Translations under genes and position numbers: made by a program
Notes under the pieces: model-generated
What the model saw: the letters and a program-made list of their open reading frames with translations, nothing else
The model's database searches: none
What the model was told of the DNA's origin: nothing
NCBI GenBank assembly: GCA_013265495.1
Contig: MU058645.1
Location: 496,001 to 560,000 of the forward strand
DNA: 64,000 nucleotides
Source of the DNA: Vicugna vicugna
Taxonomy: Eukaryota
Reading direction: 5' to 3'
In this document: piece by piece, positions 25,814 through 39,204 of the stretch
Position numbering within the stretch: the stretch's first letter is position 1
Layout of the letters: every line of letters starts with the position of its first letter

Positions 25814-26043
25814 GTTAAAAAGGGAGTTTGGTATTAACAGACACATATTACTAGATATAAAACAGGCAAACAACAAGGACCTACTGAACAGCACAGAGAA
25901 CCATATTTGCTTTCTTGTAATAACTTATAACGGAAAAGAATCTGAAAATGTATGCGTATGTATGTATATCTGAACTGCTTTGCTGTACACCTGGAACTAA
26001 CATTGTAAATCAACTACATGTGAATAAAAATGAAATTGAAAAA
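25814..26043 (+). mobile_element. Artiodactyl-type L1 3' end with TSD
   Basis: gggagtttggtattaacagacac...aacaacaaggacctactg; flanking repeat aaataacaaag at 25803-25813 and 26044-26054. Confidence 0.88.
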
Positions 26044-29000
26044 AAATAACAAAGCAGTTCTATATATGAACACAAAGCAGTGTCCAAGATATTATTAAAT
26101 GAAGTGTGAGGTTCAGAAATATATATACAGTGTGCCACTTTTTAGGTTTAAAAAATGAGGAAATACACATGCACTGAACCCTGATACGTCCACATGCTTG
26201 CCTATCGTGGACGATCGCTGGCAGGACACGAGAAATAATGACTCCCCTCTGCAGAAAAGACCTGGGAGTGACAGAGAGGGTGAGACTTCACCGTGTATCT
26301 TTTGTGCTGTTTGATTTTTTTCATGAGCTTGTGTTAATTTTTTAGGTAATAAAAATGACATTCAAAAGAGGAAGTAAAACTCACCGAAATCTCACTGCAT
26401 ACACCCCCTGTGCATAGCAGGTGCTCGGTGAACATGAACTTCCCTGTGCTCCTCTGGCCGTGTCTCTCTCCTCACTGCCTGCGTTAGATTCATCCTTTGT
26501 GTCTTTCCTCTGTGTGACCAGATGACACCGTGGACAGTGTCACAGACACAATGAACAGAAGCGATCAGGAGAAAAGTAGGTGTTCATTGACTTCAGTCAA
26601 TCTGAAAGCTAAGAATAAGAACATTGCTGCACATGAATTTAATTGTTGGGATAGAAAGGAGAGATACTCAATAGAAGAAAGAAAGAAGAAAGAAAGGGAG
26701 GATCTGGTTAAGTGTAACCGGGGTGCAGGGTGGAGAGAAATATTCCCTGTGGCTCTCAGATTTCTGTATGCTCCTGCCGTTTCCCTGGAAAGGGGGAGTA
26801 TGCAGACACGGTGTGAAAACTTGAAATGCCTGTAATGGAATAAAAATCTCAGCTGCTGAATTCTGTTTTATTTATAACTAAAACTTTTAAGAAATATCAG
26901 TATGTGTATGCAGTGTGTGTGTACACTTAGGAATACATTTTTTTTAATAAAAATAAAAAGGAGTTCCCCTAAAGTCACAGTGAGGAGGATACGCAATCTG
27001 GCTTAATGTATACTGGCAAAAATATTTATGGTAGATTATAAATTTTGTTAAATATTCACACACAAATATAAAAGACTCTGGTAAAAATATGACTTAAAAA
27101 TCTCATTACATTGAACAAGGCATATTTTTGGCTAACTGGTCGTGGGAATAGAAGCCAGCTATCATGGCTGCAGGCCACGAAAATGAAAATACCCTCCCAC
27201 GGCCTCCCACACCCTTCTAGCTCCGGAGACACGGAGCTTCTTCTCCTGCCGCTCCCTCCGAGGCTTCCCGAAGGGATTCCAGCAACAGGACCCTGGTTCC
27301 CCAGAGCCGCTCCTACTCTGCCCTTGTGGGCAACGTTCTCGCCCTTACAAAGAGAGCGGGATTACGTCTGAAGGGAGGTCACGGAGCAGATGGACTCCGA
27401 AGATTGCACTGGAAAGAAGGAAGGGCAGGAGGAGGAGGAGAGGACCTTGGCCACAGAAGCAGATGACCGGCTGGCGGAGTTACCAGCGATCACAGGAGGC
27501 CACAGCCTTGCCTTCCTGCTTCTCTCCATCTTGACCCACAGCTGTTCAGGGGAGCAGAGTGAGTAACAGAAGAGAGAGGTTTCAGAAACGGAGCAAAGTC
27601 CTTTAAATGCCTATAAGACCATAATTGTCCTCTGCAAGAGCAAAGTGCACAGTGGCCTTTCCTTCCAGAACATCTAAATAGGACGGTATGTTGTATTTTG
27701 GATGGAATCAGCAAATACTCCAAACTCACATCCATAGACATGGAAACAACTGCTAATTTAAAACAATCAGAGCACAGCTGCGCCGTAACTGTAACCCCTT
27801 TCAGATCGGTATGCTTTTTCTATGCTGATTTGTCCTGGCAAATAAGACCTCGAGCTTTCTAGGGGGAGTCTTCCCTTTTAAACGTCAGTTGGTCAGAGAG
27901 CATCTGAGAAAAGGGACAAAGGCGACTGCCTGCTGTGACGCACCCCTTAGCCCGCATGGCTCATACGCATCGCAGTCATTATCACTGCCAGGAATTTACA
28001 GGCCGCCTTTCCTCCCAGTCAGCTTATGAGCGGTTTTACAAATGGATTAGAAACAGCACAGATGTGGATCGCTTCACACAGCACCGAAGTACAGTCACCT
28101 CAAGGGGAACGCGGGAACTTTCCTATAAATCAGGATAACATGAGGCGAAGGTGTAAGACCAGCCGTGAAGAATGGCTTATTTGCTTTAAGCCACAGGGAA
28201 TATCAGGTAAGCAGAGGACACTTCCTCCCCCGGCCGCAAGGTCGATGCGGCCTCGCTGGTTGAGGTCCGAGGTTAATGAATCTTGCTTCCAGACGGAGGT
28301 GCTGCCGTAGGACGAACACAGCGTTTCATCTTCTGGAGAGAGACCGGTCAAGTCAGGGCAAGGGCTTCCCAGCATCTCCTCGTCCTGCGAGCAGTGCAGT
28401 GCGGGCCTGGGGAGGGATCCTGAGCTGAAGGACCGCCTGATGCTCACAGGTATCAGGACCTAGACCTTGGCATTCTGGGGTCCCCTTCTGCAAAGTCACT
28501 GTGGGTGTTCTACTGGGATCCAAAACCACGAACCACTTCGTTCTTGTACAGAACCCCTGTCACACTCATCAGCGTGGGGAGCCTCACAGGGGCGCTGCCG
28601 GGGAAACCTGGAAAGTTTTTGCTGTTCTTCTTAAAATCACTTCTTTAGATGCTGCCAGGAGATGCTCTGTTGAGCCTCCCCATTCCCTGCAAGTCCCACC
28701 GATGCCCCTAGAGCACCATTTGAGAAAAACCAAAACTCCGCCGTCGGTCTTGCTTTGCAGACAGAGAATCAATCCACTGCACTTTGTCTGTGGCTCTTAG
28801 AAGCGAACTTCCTCAGGGCAGTTATGAGAGATGTCAATTTTTAATGAGACTTGTTCTTGATATTTACTGTATGTAGCTGCAGACCTTCCTCCGTGGGATT
28901 CGGTGAATTTTGCTCGCCAGCCTCACCATTTTTCACAGCACATTTATGATGATAGTAAGAGGTACTAACACACACACAAAGTAAACATGTATTTTAGAAA

Positions 29001-29059
29001 GCATTTTGGAAGCTGTAAAGGGAGCCGTGTTTGTACCCAGCCACTAGTGAGAGGTAGCT

Positions 29060-29200
29060 TGGTGCTTCTCAAACTCAAGGGGCGGAGACGTTTGCTAATC
29101 CGCAGAGTCTGGCGCAGTCTGTCTCACCTAAGGACTGGGGTTCTGCATTCCTAACTAGCATCAAGGTAACACCTGCTGTAGGCTGGTAGGTCCCCCTGCA
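29060..29200. mobile_element. MER5A-like hAT MITE
   Basis: gtgcttctcaaact...ctgcattcctaactagc. Confidence 0.5.
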
Positions 29201-29539
29201 GTGACCAAAAGCTAGGTTACCTGCACCTTTCAAATCCTAAATCTGAAGGACTCCTCCCCGCCAACACATTCGCATGGAAATTCTCCTGGAAAGAATTCCT
29301 TGAGGTTGTGATCAGATGCAATGAGAGCAGAGCGCTCAGGAGGGACAGCCCCCTCGCTCAGCGGGGACCCCAGGGAAGTGCAATTTGTTGGAACAAAGGT
29401 GTCCAGCCGCCAGAGACCAACGTTGCCTTCCTTCCGCAACATACATTCCGGGCTGGTCCTGTGGCCTGGCTCCAAACAGAACAGAAAGCTAGAATTTGTT
29501 TTAAAATCTGAAAGCTGATTCTCCTGACTTCAGTGACCA

Positions 29540-29775
29540 CTCGGAAGCGGAAGCAAAGGCAGCGGCGCGGAGAGCAGAGCGCAGCAGCGGGCCTGGCGGA
29601 GAGCAGCTCGCGGGGCGGGCGCACATGCATTAGGCGCTGGTGTTGGCAGCCTGGGGCCGGGTCGGGGGAGACACGGAAAGCAAAGGGCAGGCGAGCTCTG
29701 GTCCAGCTGAGAAATAAGAGTCTACAGCTTGGAACTCTCAAGGGAAACCCGGCCCTGGCTTTCACTGCAGAAGGT
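29540..29775 (+). promoter_or_regulatory. CpG-rich promoter-like element
   Basis: Tandem ETS cores CGGAAGCGGAAG at 29542-29553, GC box ~29612, CpG-dense, downstream AAG|gtaatc donor at 29774. Confidence 0.45.
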
Positions 29776-30774
29776 AATCCCAAGTAGCAATAAACCAGGT
29801 TCTGCATTGAACGCACAGAAGAAGAAACAGAAGCAGCCACAAGCCAGAACCACCCAGAAGCCCCCAAATAGGGGCCCCGGGGGTTCCTTGTCTAATAGTT
29901 TGTTCACAGCTCACGACTGCCTAAATACTGGCTACGTTAGTGGAGGAAAGAATGCTGTTTTTGCATCTGGGATAAACCGCTTCGGCTCTGATGGAGTTGT
30001 GCAGGCAGGGCGGGGAGTCTGCACCAGAAATGTGCAGTCTGGGCTGAGAGGGCTCGGCTGGCGCGCAGGGGCAGGTGATGGCACTTCATGCATTTCTTCA
30101 CCTCGTATCATTTACGCATTTTCTAGGCATGGGACATTGTGCTCAAGGCTGAGGCAGAAATAAAGATATGTGCTTTTCCAGGGCATCCATGTGACTTTTC
30201 TCTGTTTCTCCAGTGTGTAGTATAATCTGCAAAACACAGTGGGATCCAAAAACATTTACTAAATGAAAAAAAAAAACCAGTAGTTCACATGAAGTGTTTA
30301 CAATGTGCCAGGTGCTGCACTGAAATGCATTATCCAAGGGGGAAGAAAAATTACCATAGAGGATATAGCTATTCCTCCTGGGAATGGTGAACTGGTCAGG
30401 GGCTGATATGAAATCTCCTGCAAGGATTTCTTCAGCAATCAGAGAACTTGGGACAGTGTGGTCCCCGAGAGGAATGGACTAGATTTCCAGGAGGATCTGG
30501 TGTCTCTGGAACACGCTCACAAGAGGGTGCACTTCGCAGTGTCTGCTCTGGTGGTGTTGACGGGATGTTTGTTCTGACGTGTGAGCATTTCATCCCCCTA
30601 AAAGCCAGGTAAATAAAGAGCTGTGCTGGGTGTTTCCAGCATGAGCAGACAATCGCCCTGCCAGATGTGACATTACTAAAAATTGGATGATACATAACTT
30701 GTATTGCTGATAAAGTCTATGTATCTTGAGAGGTTACGATGCCTTCCTCTCCATAAAAATGCCCATGTGTTTTT

Positions 30775-31130
30775 TAAATGCGTTCATTTGTGAACTTATT
30801 TACAAAACAGAGACAGACTCACAGACATAGAAAACAAACTTACGTTTACCAGCGGGGAAAGAGAGTGGGGAGGGATAAATTGGGAGTTCAGGATTTGTAG
30901 ATACTAACTACTGTATAAAACATAGAAAAACAACCAAGTCCTACTGTAGAGCACAGGGAACTGTATTCAACATCTTGTAATGGTCTATAACGAAAAAGAA
31001 TATGGGAAGGAACACACATATATGTGTGTGTATAAGTGAATCACTATGCTGTACACCAGATACTAACACAATTCTGTAAATCAACTATAAATATACTTCA
31101 ATAAAAATAAACAAAATAAAATATTTCCCC
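30775..31130 (+). mobile_element. Artiodactyl-type L1 3' end
   Basis: tgaacttatttacaaaacagagacagactcacagacatagaaaacaaactta...aataaaaataaac; imperfect TSD aaaatgcc..tgttt. Confidence 0.92.
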
Positions 31131-31989
31131 AAAATGCCATATGTTTAAGTATGTATGTTAAGGATGCTTAAACCAGAGGCCACTTCTTAAAAATGGGATC
31201 CAGAAATACTGCCCTAAGACTCATTTTCCCTGAAGCTGCATTTTAGGGTAGAGCTCATTAAAATCTTCCTCCAGTCCCATGGCAAAAGCCTTTTATTGAC
31301 GCGTGCCACCAAGAACAGTCAGAGAAAGTCTTGTTTACTGCCTCAAACGCTCCTAGCAACTACCTTCATCCAAGAACTCAAAGTGAGAGCTAAAGAGCCA
31401 TGTAGTTTATGTGTACGAATGAAATTAGCCTCAATTATTTTCTTAATGGGGAGGAAACAGGAAAGTTAAAGCTCCCCCCCTGCTGTACCAACCAAAGTGC
31501 GGGGTGATAAACAGCCTTTCTCCCACAATTTATTTTGTTTAAATTCAAAGTTGTTTTGTTTTCGCCCAAGATTCCCCAGAGGAATTCTGTAGTTTTGCAG
31601 CAAATCCCATTTGCATTTGTTTCTTGAATAACTCTCAAGTTTCCTGCAGGAGAGCTTCAAAAGAGCCTCGCGTGGTACAGGAGCTAATGACTGCATTTCC
31701 CGGGAGCCTGCCCAGAAAATGTTTTCCCTACAATGACTTGCAAAGCTCACAGTCTACCACTTGGAAAGTCTCAATGGTGATCATTAGCGCAATAGGCATT
31801 TTCATATGACAAGGAAGTGTACCTCAGTGATGGGTGTTCCAAATTCATAGATTTCAGTGTGCAAAACACGGGGTGGTCACAGGAAAACACCTGCATAACA
31901 CAAGGGCAAACTGGAATTTAAGGGGGAAAACAGCTTTCTGGAGCACCTGTACCAGCTTTGGAACTCAGGTCTTTCAGTCCAAAAGCACA

Positions 31990-32200
31990 TGGCTTGGTGG
32001 AGCAACACAATATAGTAGAGTCGTTTCTACTGCAGAGACCAGAGTTGAAACTTATTCTCTGCTCTGTCATTTTCTTGTATTGTGTCTTTACAAAAGTCAT
32101 CTAGTTTTTCTCTGTAACTCCATCTGTAAAATGGGATAATAATATCAATAATATCTATTTCACTGGAAAGATTAAATCAGGTACAAAATGAAAGTTTCTT
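31990..32200 (+). mobile_element. MIR
   Basis: ctccatctgtaaaatgggataataatatc core. Confidence 0.65.
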
Positions 32201-33719
32201 AAACAGTGTAGTCTCAGAGGAAGTTCCCTTTGCTCTCCACTCCTGGACCCCTTCATAGTTATTTTAAATTCTTTAAAAAAAAAAAAACAGGAAAGTGAGA
32301 CAGAAATGAAGCAAGGTGATCATATTAATCTACAGGTAATGGAAACATGTGAGGGAAAAGAATCGACCTTAGTCCAGTGATGTACAGGGTGGAGAATTCA
32401 AGAGAAACACCAGATGTGACTCTCCTGGAGAGCTTGAGGTTTGTTCATCTTGTTTTGGTTTGATGTTTTTAGAGCTGAAATTTATCATAGACGTGATCTA
32501 GTGCAAATGTGTCATTTTGCTAAAGTGAAAACTTAAATTCTGCTAGATTAACCCTGAGTGGTCAGATATCTTAAATGGTGGCAAAACATGGCATGGAGTC
32601 CAGTTTTTCTGAGTCACATACAGTGTTATTTCTAGTGTAACTTCTTCTGCTCGCTGACTCCCCTAGGACACGACTTTGAGCATACACGATCCTGGGAGTC
32701 CCAGGAAGCTCTGGACAGATTTTTGCCCTTACTTTACTATTAACTTAGAGTGTGACTTTTGCAATTTTTTAAAATGCCTCTGAAATAAACTTTCTCATCA
32801 ATTTCCTCTTGAGATCCTCCAGTCTCTTAAATGAATCCCAAAAAGCCTTGGATTCGATTAGGTACAGTCACCCGCACTGCAGACATCGCTAACAGAGCCC
32901 AGCACAGTCTTGTTAAGATCAGACTTGGCATCGGAATCTTTCTCAACACAAAACTCAACAGACACTCTCAGTGAGCAATCGTGCAAAATGAAACCTATTT
33001 GCTACCCCTAGACTAAGTGACCTGAGAGCCTCTAATCCCATGGCTGTACTGGAGAATTAACTCCTGCTGGTTTTCCATTCCTTGTTACCTATTTCTACCC
33101 TCAGTTTCCCCATAGGGCTAACCTCCACACTGGTGGTTGTGACTGGCCCAAGTTTTCCCAAATCTGTGTGTTCATCTGTGATTCATTTGTTTCCACATAA
33201 GAAAATCCTTTTGAGTTCATATAGCCCCAAGAGTTAAAATAAAGAAATCACATGAAATGTACTTATGTAATCTTCTTTTGGGTAGGTATATGATTTCCAT
33301 TAAGATTTTTGAATATTGATAGTGGCTTGAAGTTCTTCCAGTCTGTTGTCATGATTTCTCAAGGATCTGGCCACCCAAGTCTGGAATGTGCACTCCTAGA
33401 AAGTATTCTAGAAAAGTGCCAGGAGAGACTTTTGGAAAAGAAGAACTCTTTCTGGATCTGTGATAGAAATGAGGGTAGAATTGGGAAGGAAACCAGATAT
33501 GGCTACAATGTTGATCAGTATGTGAAGCAGAATCGAACTGTATTGAGGAGAGTCCTATAAAACTGCTGTGTTCCATGAGGTCTACAGACCCACACAAATA
33601 GCTTTTCTCTTCATAGCTGAGTTGTGCTTTACCAGATAAATGCTACAGAAGAGATGCACCAAAAAGATGAAGAAGGTGACTTCTGGTCCCCAGGTTCCAG
33701 CTTTGGATCTCGTGGCATC

Positions 33720-36700
33720 AGATGACACCACCACCCCCTTCTGTGGCAGCATCTGTCATACCCCAGGGACTTCTCCTTTTCCCTAAAAACTTGGATCCTG
33801 GTTCTTCATTCCCTGACCACTGCTCCTGTCTTAATTCTTGGTGGCTTTGAAATTCACCTGGAAGTTCCTTCCAATAGCCCAGACTCTTAGTTCTGCGACC
33901 CGATCTCCAGCGATCTTCACTGTACACTTCAGCCAATCCACTCCCATCGCCTAACTTCAGGCATCGTCGTCATGACCACAACAGAGACCGTCCTACAGTC
34001 TGAATGTCTGGCTCCCTGCTCCCCGTTCCTCACCTCCTACTTTTTCAAAGCAGCCTCGACCCTAGAGGGAGAACTAGCTGACGTGTTCATGTTTACTTAC
34101 CAGGACCCACAGTCCACCATTTTTATCTTTCCATTGCCTCTCACCCTTTTGTGTCCTTCCTTTCTTCTGCAGCTTTGATTTCAGAAGCAATTATCATCAT
34201 CACTGGCTTGAATTCACCCTCAATCCCTTTCTTCTCTAGGTTAAACCAAGTCATGGTTAAGCCCACCAGGTGCCCGCCTGCACCTGCGCATCTGCCACTG
34301 AATATGGCTGGAGGGAAACTCATCTCCGCGCTGACTAGTGTCTTCAATCCATAATCACTAACCTCAGGTGGCCCTTAATAAAGGCTGACTATAGCATTGT
34401 ATTCCTTACCCATTCCCCCTTCCACTCTTCCAGGGTCATATTTCATAGCTCACTGTCTGTCCTCAAACCTCACTTACCCACCGGCTCTCACACCCTCCTT
34501 CTTATCCATTAGTCTTAACTGTTATTTCAGTGGAAAAATAGACTAGAGTAGGACTCCCACAGGCCCCTCTGTGATGTGGACCCAGTCTTCACGGGCACTG
34601 CGCTCCAGTGGGCTAGGGGTCCGGAACCAGGCTGAACTGCCTGCTTCCATCCTGCCTCCGCTGGATGGGGGGGTCTTGCGGTAATTACTTAATCACTCTG
34701 TGCCTAACTTCTCATTTGTAAAATAGGGATAATGGGATTGTCTACTTGTGAGGGTAGATGATGAGCATTAAAGGAGTTAATATGTGTGAGGCACACACAC
34801 CGCGCCAGGCACACTGCACACACCATGTGCACTTGCTGTGATTATGATTTTTACCCACTTGTACTCTGTCTTGCTCCTGTTCTGTGGGTTGAGCAGCCAC
34901 CCTACTCCTAGCAAAGGGCAGCCCCTCCCCCTACGCACTGGATCTCATCCTCTGTCACCTGCGCAAGGACGTTGCTCCAGCAGTTCATTTCTTTGCACTA
35001 AATTTTCCCCCCCAAATATGTAAAATGCCATTACTTCTCCTATCTCCAAAAACCCCTCTCGTTTCCCTGACGTCTCCAGCTGCTGTATCGTCTCCTCCTT
35101 CCCCTTACAGCCAGACTGCTCTTTAAAGAGTCGTCTCTGCAATTCTCACCTCAAGCAGATTCCAGCCATTAGCACCCCTCCACACGGCTTTGTCAAGGGC
35201 ACTGGAGTGCCCTGAAATGCTTTCCTCCTTGGCTGTTAGACCACAACCTTCTGCCTCCTCCCCTACCATCTCGGCTACTCTTTCTTGGCTGTCTTTGCTA
35301 GTTCATCCTCACATCCTTGAACTGGAAATGTGGGGCCTCGGGGCTCAGTGCCAGTCTCTCTCCTATCTACACTCACTCCTTGCTGATCTCTTCCAGTCTT
35401 GTGGCTTCAGATATCACCTATTTATTTGTTCCCCTGTGTTGGTGTCTCCAATCTGGACTTCCCTCCAGTCTCCTGAATTCCAGCTCTCTCCTGCATTTGC
35501 ACACCAGCCTCACCAGTCCTGAACAGAGTGCTCATTCTGCCTCCCGGGGGTCCTGTGGCCACCAGAGCTCCCTGTCAATTCACTTTCAGCAGGGTGCCGA
35601 AAGGGTCCTGATCCACTGCAGTTTGCAGTGTGTCCCCGTAAAGCCCTCTGATGTTTTCCCGTATCACTTGAACCAAAAGCCGAATGACGGTGGCATGTGA
35701 GCCCCCACAGAGTCTGCACATGTCTGGCCTCGTTTTCCAGACCCGCCTTCTTGCCCACGCCGTCCTGCGGCCCTGCCGTCCTGCCGCTAGGACACCTCGG
35801 GCACGTTTCTGACTCAGCGCTTTTGCACAGACTGTCCTGCCTGCCTGGAGTGTTCTCCCCCTACGTCTGTGTCCACCTGGCTTTTCCCTTCACCTCCTTC
35901 GGGTGTTTGCTTAGATGTCTTCTCTTTGCGGCCTGCCTGGGAGCTAAGATGTCCCCATTCACCACCTCGGCGCTCTCCGCCACCCCTCCCTGCTTTATTT
36001 TGCCCGTTACCCGCTCGTGTGTCCAGAGGCACAATGTGCTTTCCCTGTGTGACTTAATCGGTGGCGTCTCCAGTCCAGAGGCGGAGCCACATGTGGGCTG
36101 GGGCTTTGATTTGTTTACTGCTGTTTCCCCAGCTGTGTGGCAAGAACTTCAGCCCAAAGGAAGACCGGGCCTTACTCCCCCGTCCCAGGGAGTAACTTCT
36201 AATCCTTTCTAACTTTTGAGCGACAGAAGGGTCTTAGTCATTTATGGGGATGCCTTGGCCCACAAGTGACAGTTCAGGTTAATGAGGTGGCTCACGGTGG
36301 CCCCTCAGACCACCGGCAAGGAGAAGAGACTGAGTTTAACCACGTGGGCAACCAGTCAGTCAATCAGTCATGCCTACGTAACGAAGCCCCTTTAAAAGCC
36401 CTGGACGCCGAAGCGCAGGTGACCTTCCTGGTGGGCAGTGCCCTGCGTGTGTTGTCACAAGTCCACAGCAGGAGAGGCTGGTGTCCTGAGGACGATTTGC
36501 ATTTGGAACCTCACTGACTCTGCCCCAGGCATCCCTTCCTTTGGCTGATTTTGACATGTCCCTTCTGAAGATAAACACAACCGTGAGTGTAACATGTTCC
36601 GGTGGTTCTGCGACTCTTCCTAGCAAATTATGGAACGTGAAGGTGTTTTGGGGAAACTCCCAAACTCGTTATTGGTGTCAGAAGTGACAGTGACTTTCTG

Positions 36701-36900
36701 TGGACTTTTCCCTCCAACTTTGCAGTTGAACCCTCACTTTTTGCAGTCGGGGTCAGAAGTTCTGGGCAGACTTGGCCAGCTAGGGGCTGCACCCTTAACC
36801 TTGCATGTTGGCCAGTTCTGGATACCAGCAATGAGGCCTGTTCTTGGCAACCCACAGACATCCATAAATAGGTCCTGGATGAAGAAATGAATGGATGAGT
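33720..36900 (+). mobile_element. Long L2 remnant with nested MIR (~34590-34830) and LTR (~36136-36746)
   Basis: C/T-rich sense L2 texture throughout; ends ataaataggtcctggatgaagaaatgaatggatgag, an L2-type tail. Confidence 0.65.
36136..36746 (+). mobile_element. MER21/MER68/MER77-group LTR
   Basis: TG...CA ends; cagtcaatcagtcatgcctacgtaacgaagcccc and ccttcctttggctgatttt motifs. Confidence 0.75.
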
Positions 36901-38879
36901 AAGAAGATCAGCTACAACCAAGGTTCAAATTTAGAAACATTCAAAATTTCAATTCTCAAGCTTAGCCCACATTCAACGTATCTTTCTTCCTGGTTTCATT
37001 TGCTTCTCACCCACTGTGGACGTTCAGCACTTGTTAGGCCAAGGACTAGCCTTCGCCCTTGTACGAGCCATTCCAAAACTTAGCCTAGAAGCCCCGTTGT
37101 GAAAATTTGATGCATTAAATTAAAAACTACATCCTTTTTATTCAAAATTGTCACATGGTTACTGGCAACTTATGGAGTAAGCCATTTCAGGGATAAAATT
37201 ATTAACGTGTGCCGAGTATGGAATGGAATAGACCCCAAAAATGTAGTAGTGTTTTATTTGATGATGGATGTACATGATGAAACGAATGTAAGAGCACTTT
37301 AACACACTACTAGCCCTAATATTAGATTAATACAGTTCTAATTTTTAATTTTTAACTTGCTTTTTAAACCTAAATGATCTGAATCCATTCAGATTAAACG
37401 TTATATTTACCATTTTAAAAATACTACCTTTCAGTTTTGTCTGCCAGACCATCATTATTCTTAGAAAATGTAAACCTTAACCTCATGCAGAAAAGAACAT
37501 AAGAAGATGAAAATGTAAAAACTCATAATAAAACCTTCTTCTAAAACGCGAGACCTGTAAGAACTACATGAGACCTTCCAGTGAGAAGACAGCCTTTTCA
37601 CTTTTAAAACGGCAGCAAAATGTGTACTGGCTGATGAAGAAAATGGAGTGAACTTCCTTTCAAATTAATGGCAAATAAAGGCTGCTTACTTCCAGATGGA
37701 TTTGACTTCCCCTTGAAAGTCCATCACCCACTAGCAAGGAAGCCAGGGGAGGGGAATCACGGACCACCCAACTAGAGAGTCAGCACAAGGCGGGATTTGC
37801 AAGAATTTCTGGTCGAACCTTGCAGCACCATCTACACGCCGTGTGACACACGTACAATTTTCAGTGGAACTGCAGTGTCAGTAATCAGCAGTGAAATATT
37901 AAATTATGGCTTGGGGCTGAACAGAGCCTCTTTATCAATTGTATTACTTTGGGAAATGTACATACACATTAATATTTTTCAAATCCTTTTCCAAAACTGC
38001 CCAGCAATGAGAAATACATGAGATCAAAAACAACTTTGACACAGGATATTTCGGGGTGATGGAACCAACAGAATCTTTTTCAACTTGCCATTCAGGCCTG
38101 GGTCATTCATTTGCATTAGAAATATGAGCTTGGGTAATGAGATAGTCCCACAATGAGATGTGAACTGAGTAAATCGCAGTCAAGATGTAATTTGAATTTA
38201 ATTCCTGGTTCATAAAATAAACAAAGCCTCGTAAAAAGTTTAATGGCACACAGTGAATCAAGAGGATGCAAAAAGGGCCAAAAAGCTGTTTAAACCCAAC
38301 AAGAGGGCCCCTCTGTTTACTGCACGGCCGTGTCAGCAGAGCTGAGTTCACCACGGCACCACCGTGTAGCATCACAACTTGGACTTTCTCTGAACTTGCT
38401 GGGCCGCTTCTGATTCCTTTTTCTTGTCAGTTTTTAAATCATTTTACCAAATATCCATGCTGCAAAGTCAACACTTCCATGATTATTTGGGATCTATGGA
38501 CTCTGGGCACAAAGCCTAGGGTTTCCAAAGAAGAGGTTTTATTACTCAAGACAGAGACTCCTGAAGAACCGTTCTTGTACCACCATTTGGACAGAAAAAA
38601 TCTTCCCTCCTCCCTGTTCACTTAGGTGAACTGCATGGCCTGTTGGATCAGTCACTGGGCAGGAATTACACTTTTGAACCAAGCTAGAGATGCATCTTGC
38701 TTTTTGTTCCAGTATCAGCAGGGAAAAGAACAAAATATATTGTGGTCTTTTAAAATTGTGCTGAACATCAAAGATGGCTCTCTATCCCAAGCAGAGGCAA
38801 GCCATGCCTCTGGGTACAGAGCCAAGCACTGCGTGCAAATGGGGTACAGGAATGTTCACTGTAAGTACAGTACTGTGAG

Positions 38880-39110
38880 TAAGGGGGCAAGCTTTAGAAT
38901 CTTGGTATTCAAATCTCAAGATTCAACCACCACATACTGTATGCACGTGAATAAGGTATATAAATTTTAAGGCCTCAATTTTCTTACCTAAAAAATGAGG
39001 ATTGTAATACTCACCTCCTAGGAATGCCATAGTGATAAAAGGACATGATATTTAAAGGAGCTAGTACTGTGCCTAAAATATAATTCTCAACAATGAGGAA
39101 CAATTATTAG
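38880..39110 (+). mobile_element. MIR
   Basis: ggcctcaattttcttacctaaaaaatgaggattgtaatactcacctc. Confidence 0.7.
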
Positions 39111-39167
39111 TATTAAAATACACACAGAAGAAATTTACATATTTTCAATAGTAACTTGGAAGCCAAG

Positions 39168-39204
39168 TGTGTGTGTTTCTGTGTGTGTGTGTGCATGTGT
39201 GTGT
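39168..39204. repeat. Imperfect (TG)n microsatellite
   Basis: Seen directly. Confidence 0.9.

Larger units (their letters stand above)
24600..26360 (+). mobile_element. L1ME-like 3' region interrupted by an LTR and a younger L1
   Basis: aaaagatgctcaact...gaaatgcaaattaaaatcacaatgag...cagcaattccactt; resumes ~26060 with 3' UTR-like sequence. Confidence 0.75.

Noticed and set aside
26385..26601. Minus-strand exon-like segment with good acceptor and GTGAGT donor
   Set aside because: All three frames close early and part is L2-like; at most a non-coding exon.
33610..33632. cat(a)gctgagttgtgcttt resembling APOBEC HAELCF
   Set aside because: Needs a frameshift and no downstream PCxxC motif is visible.
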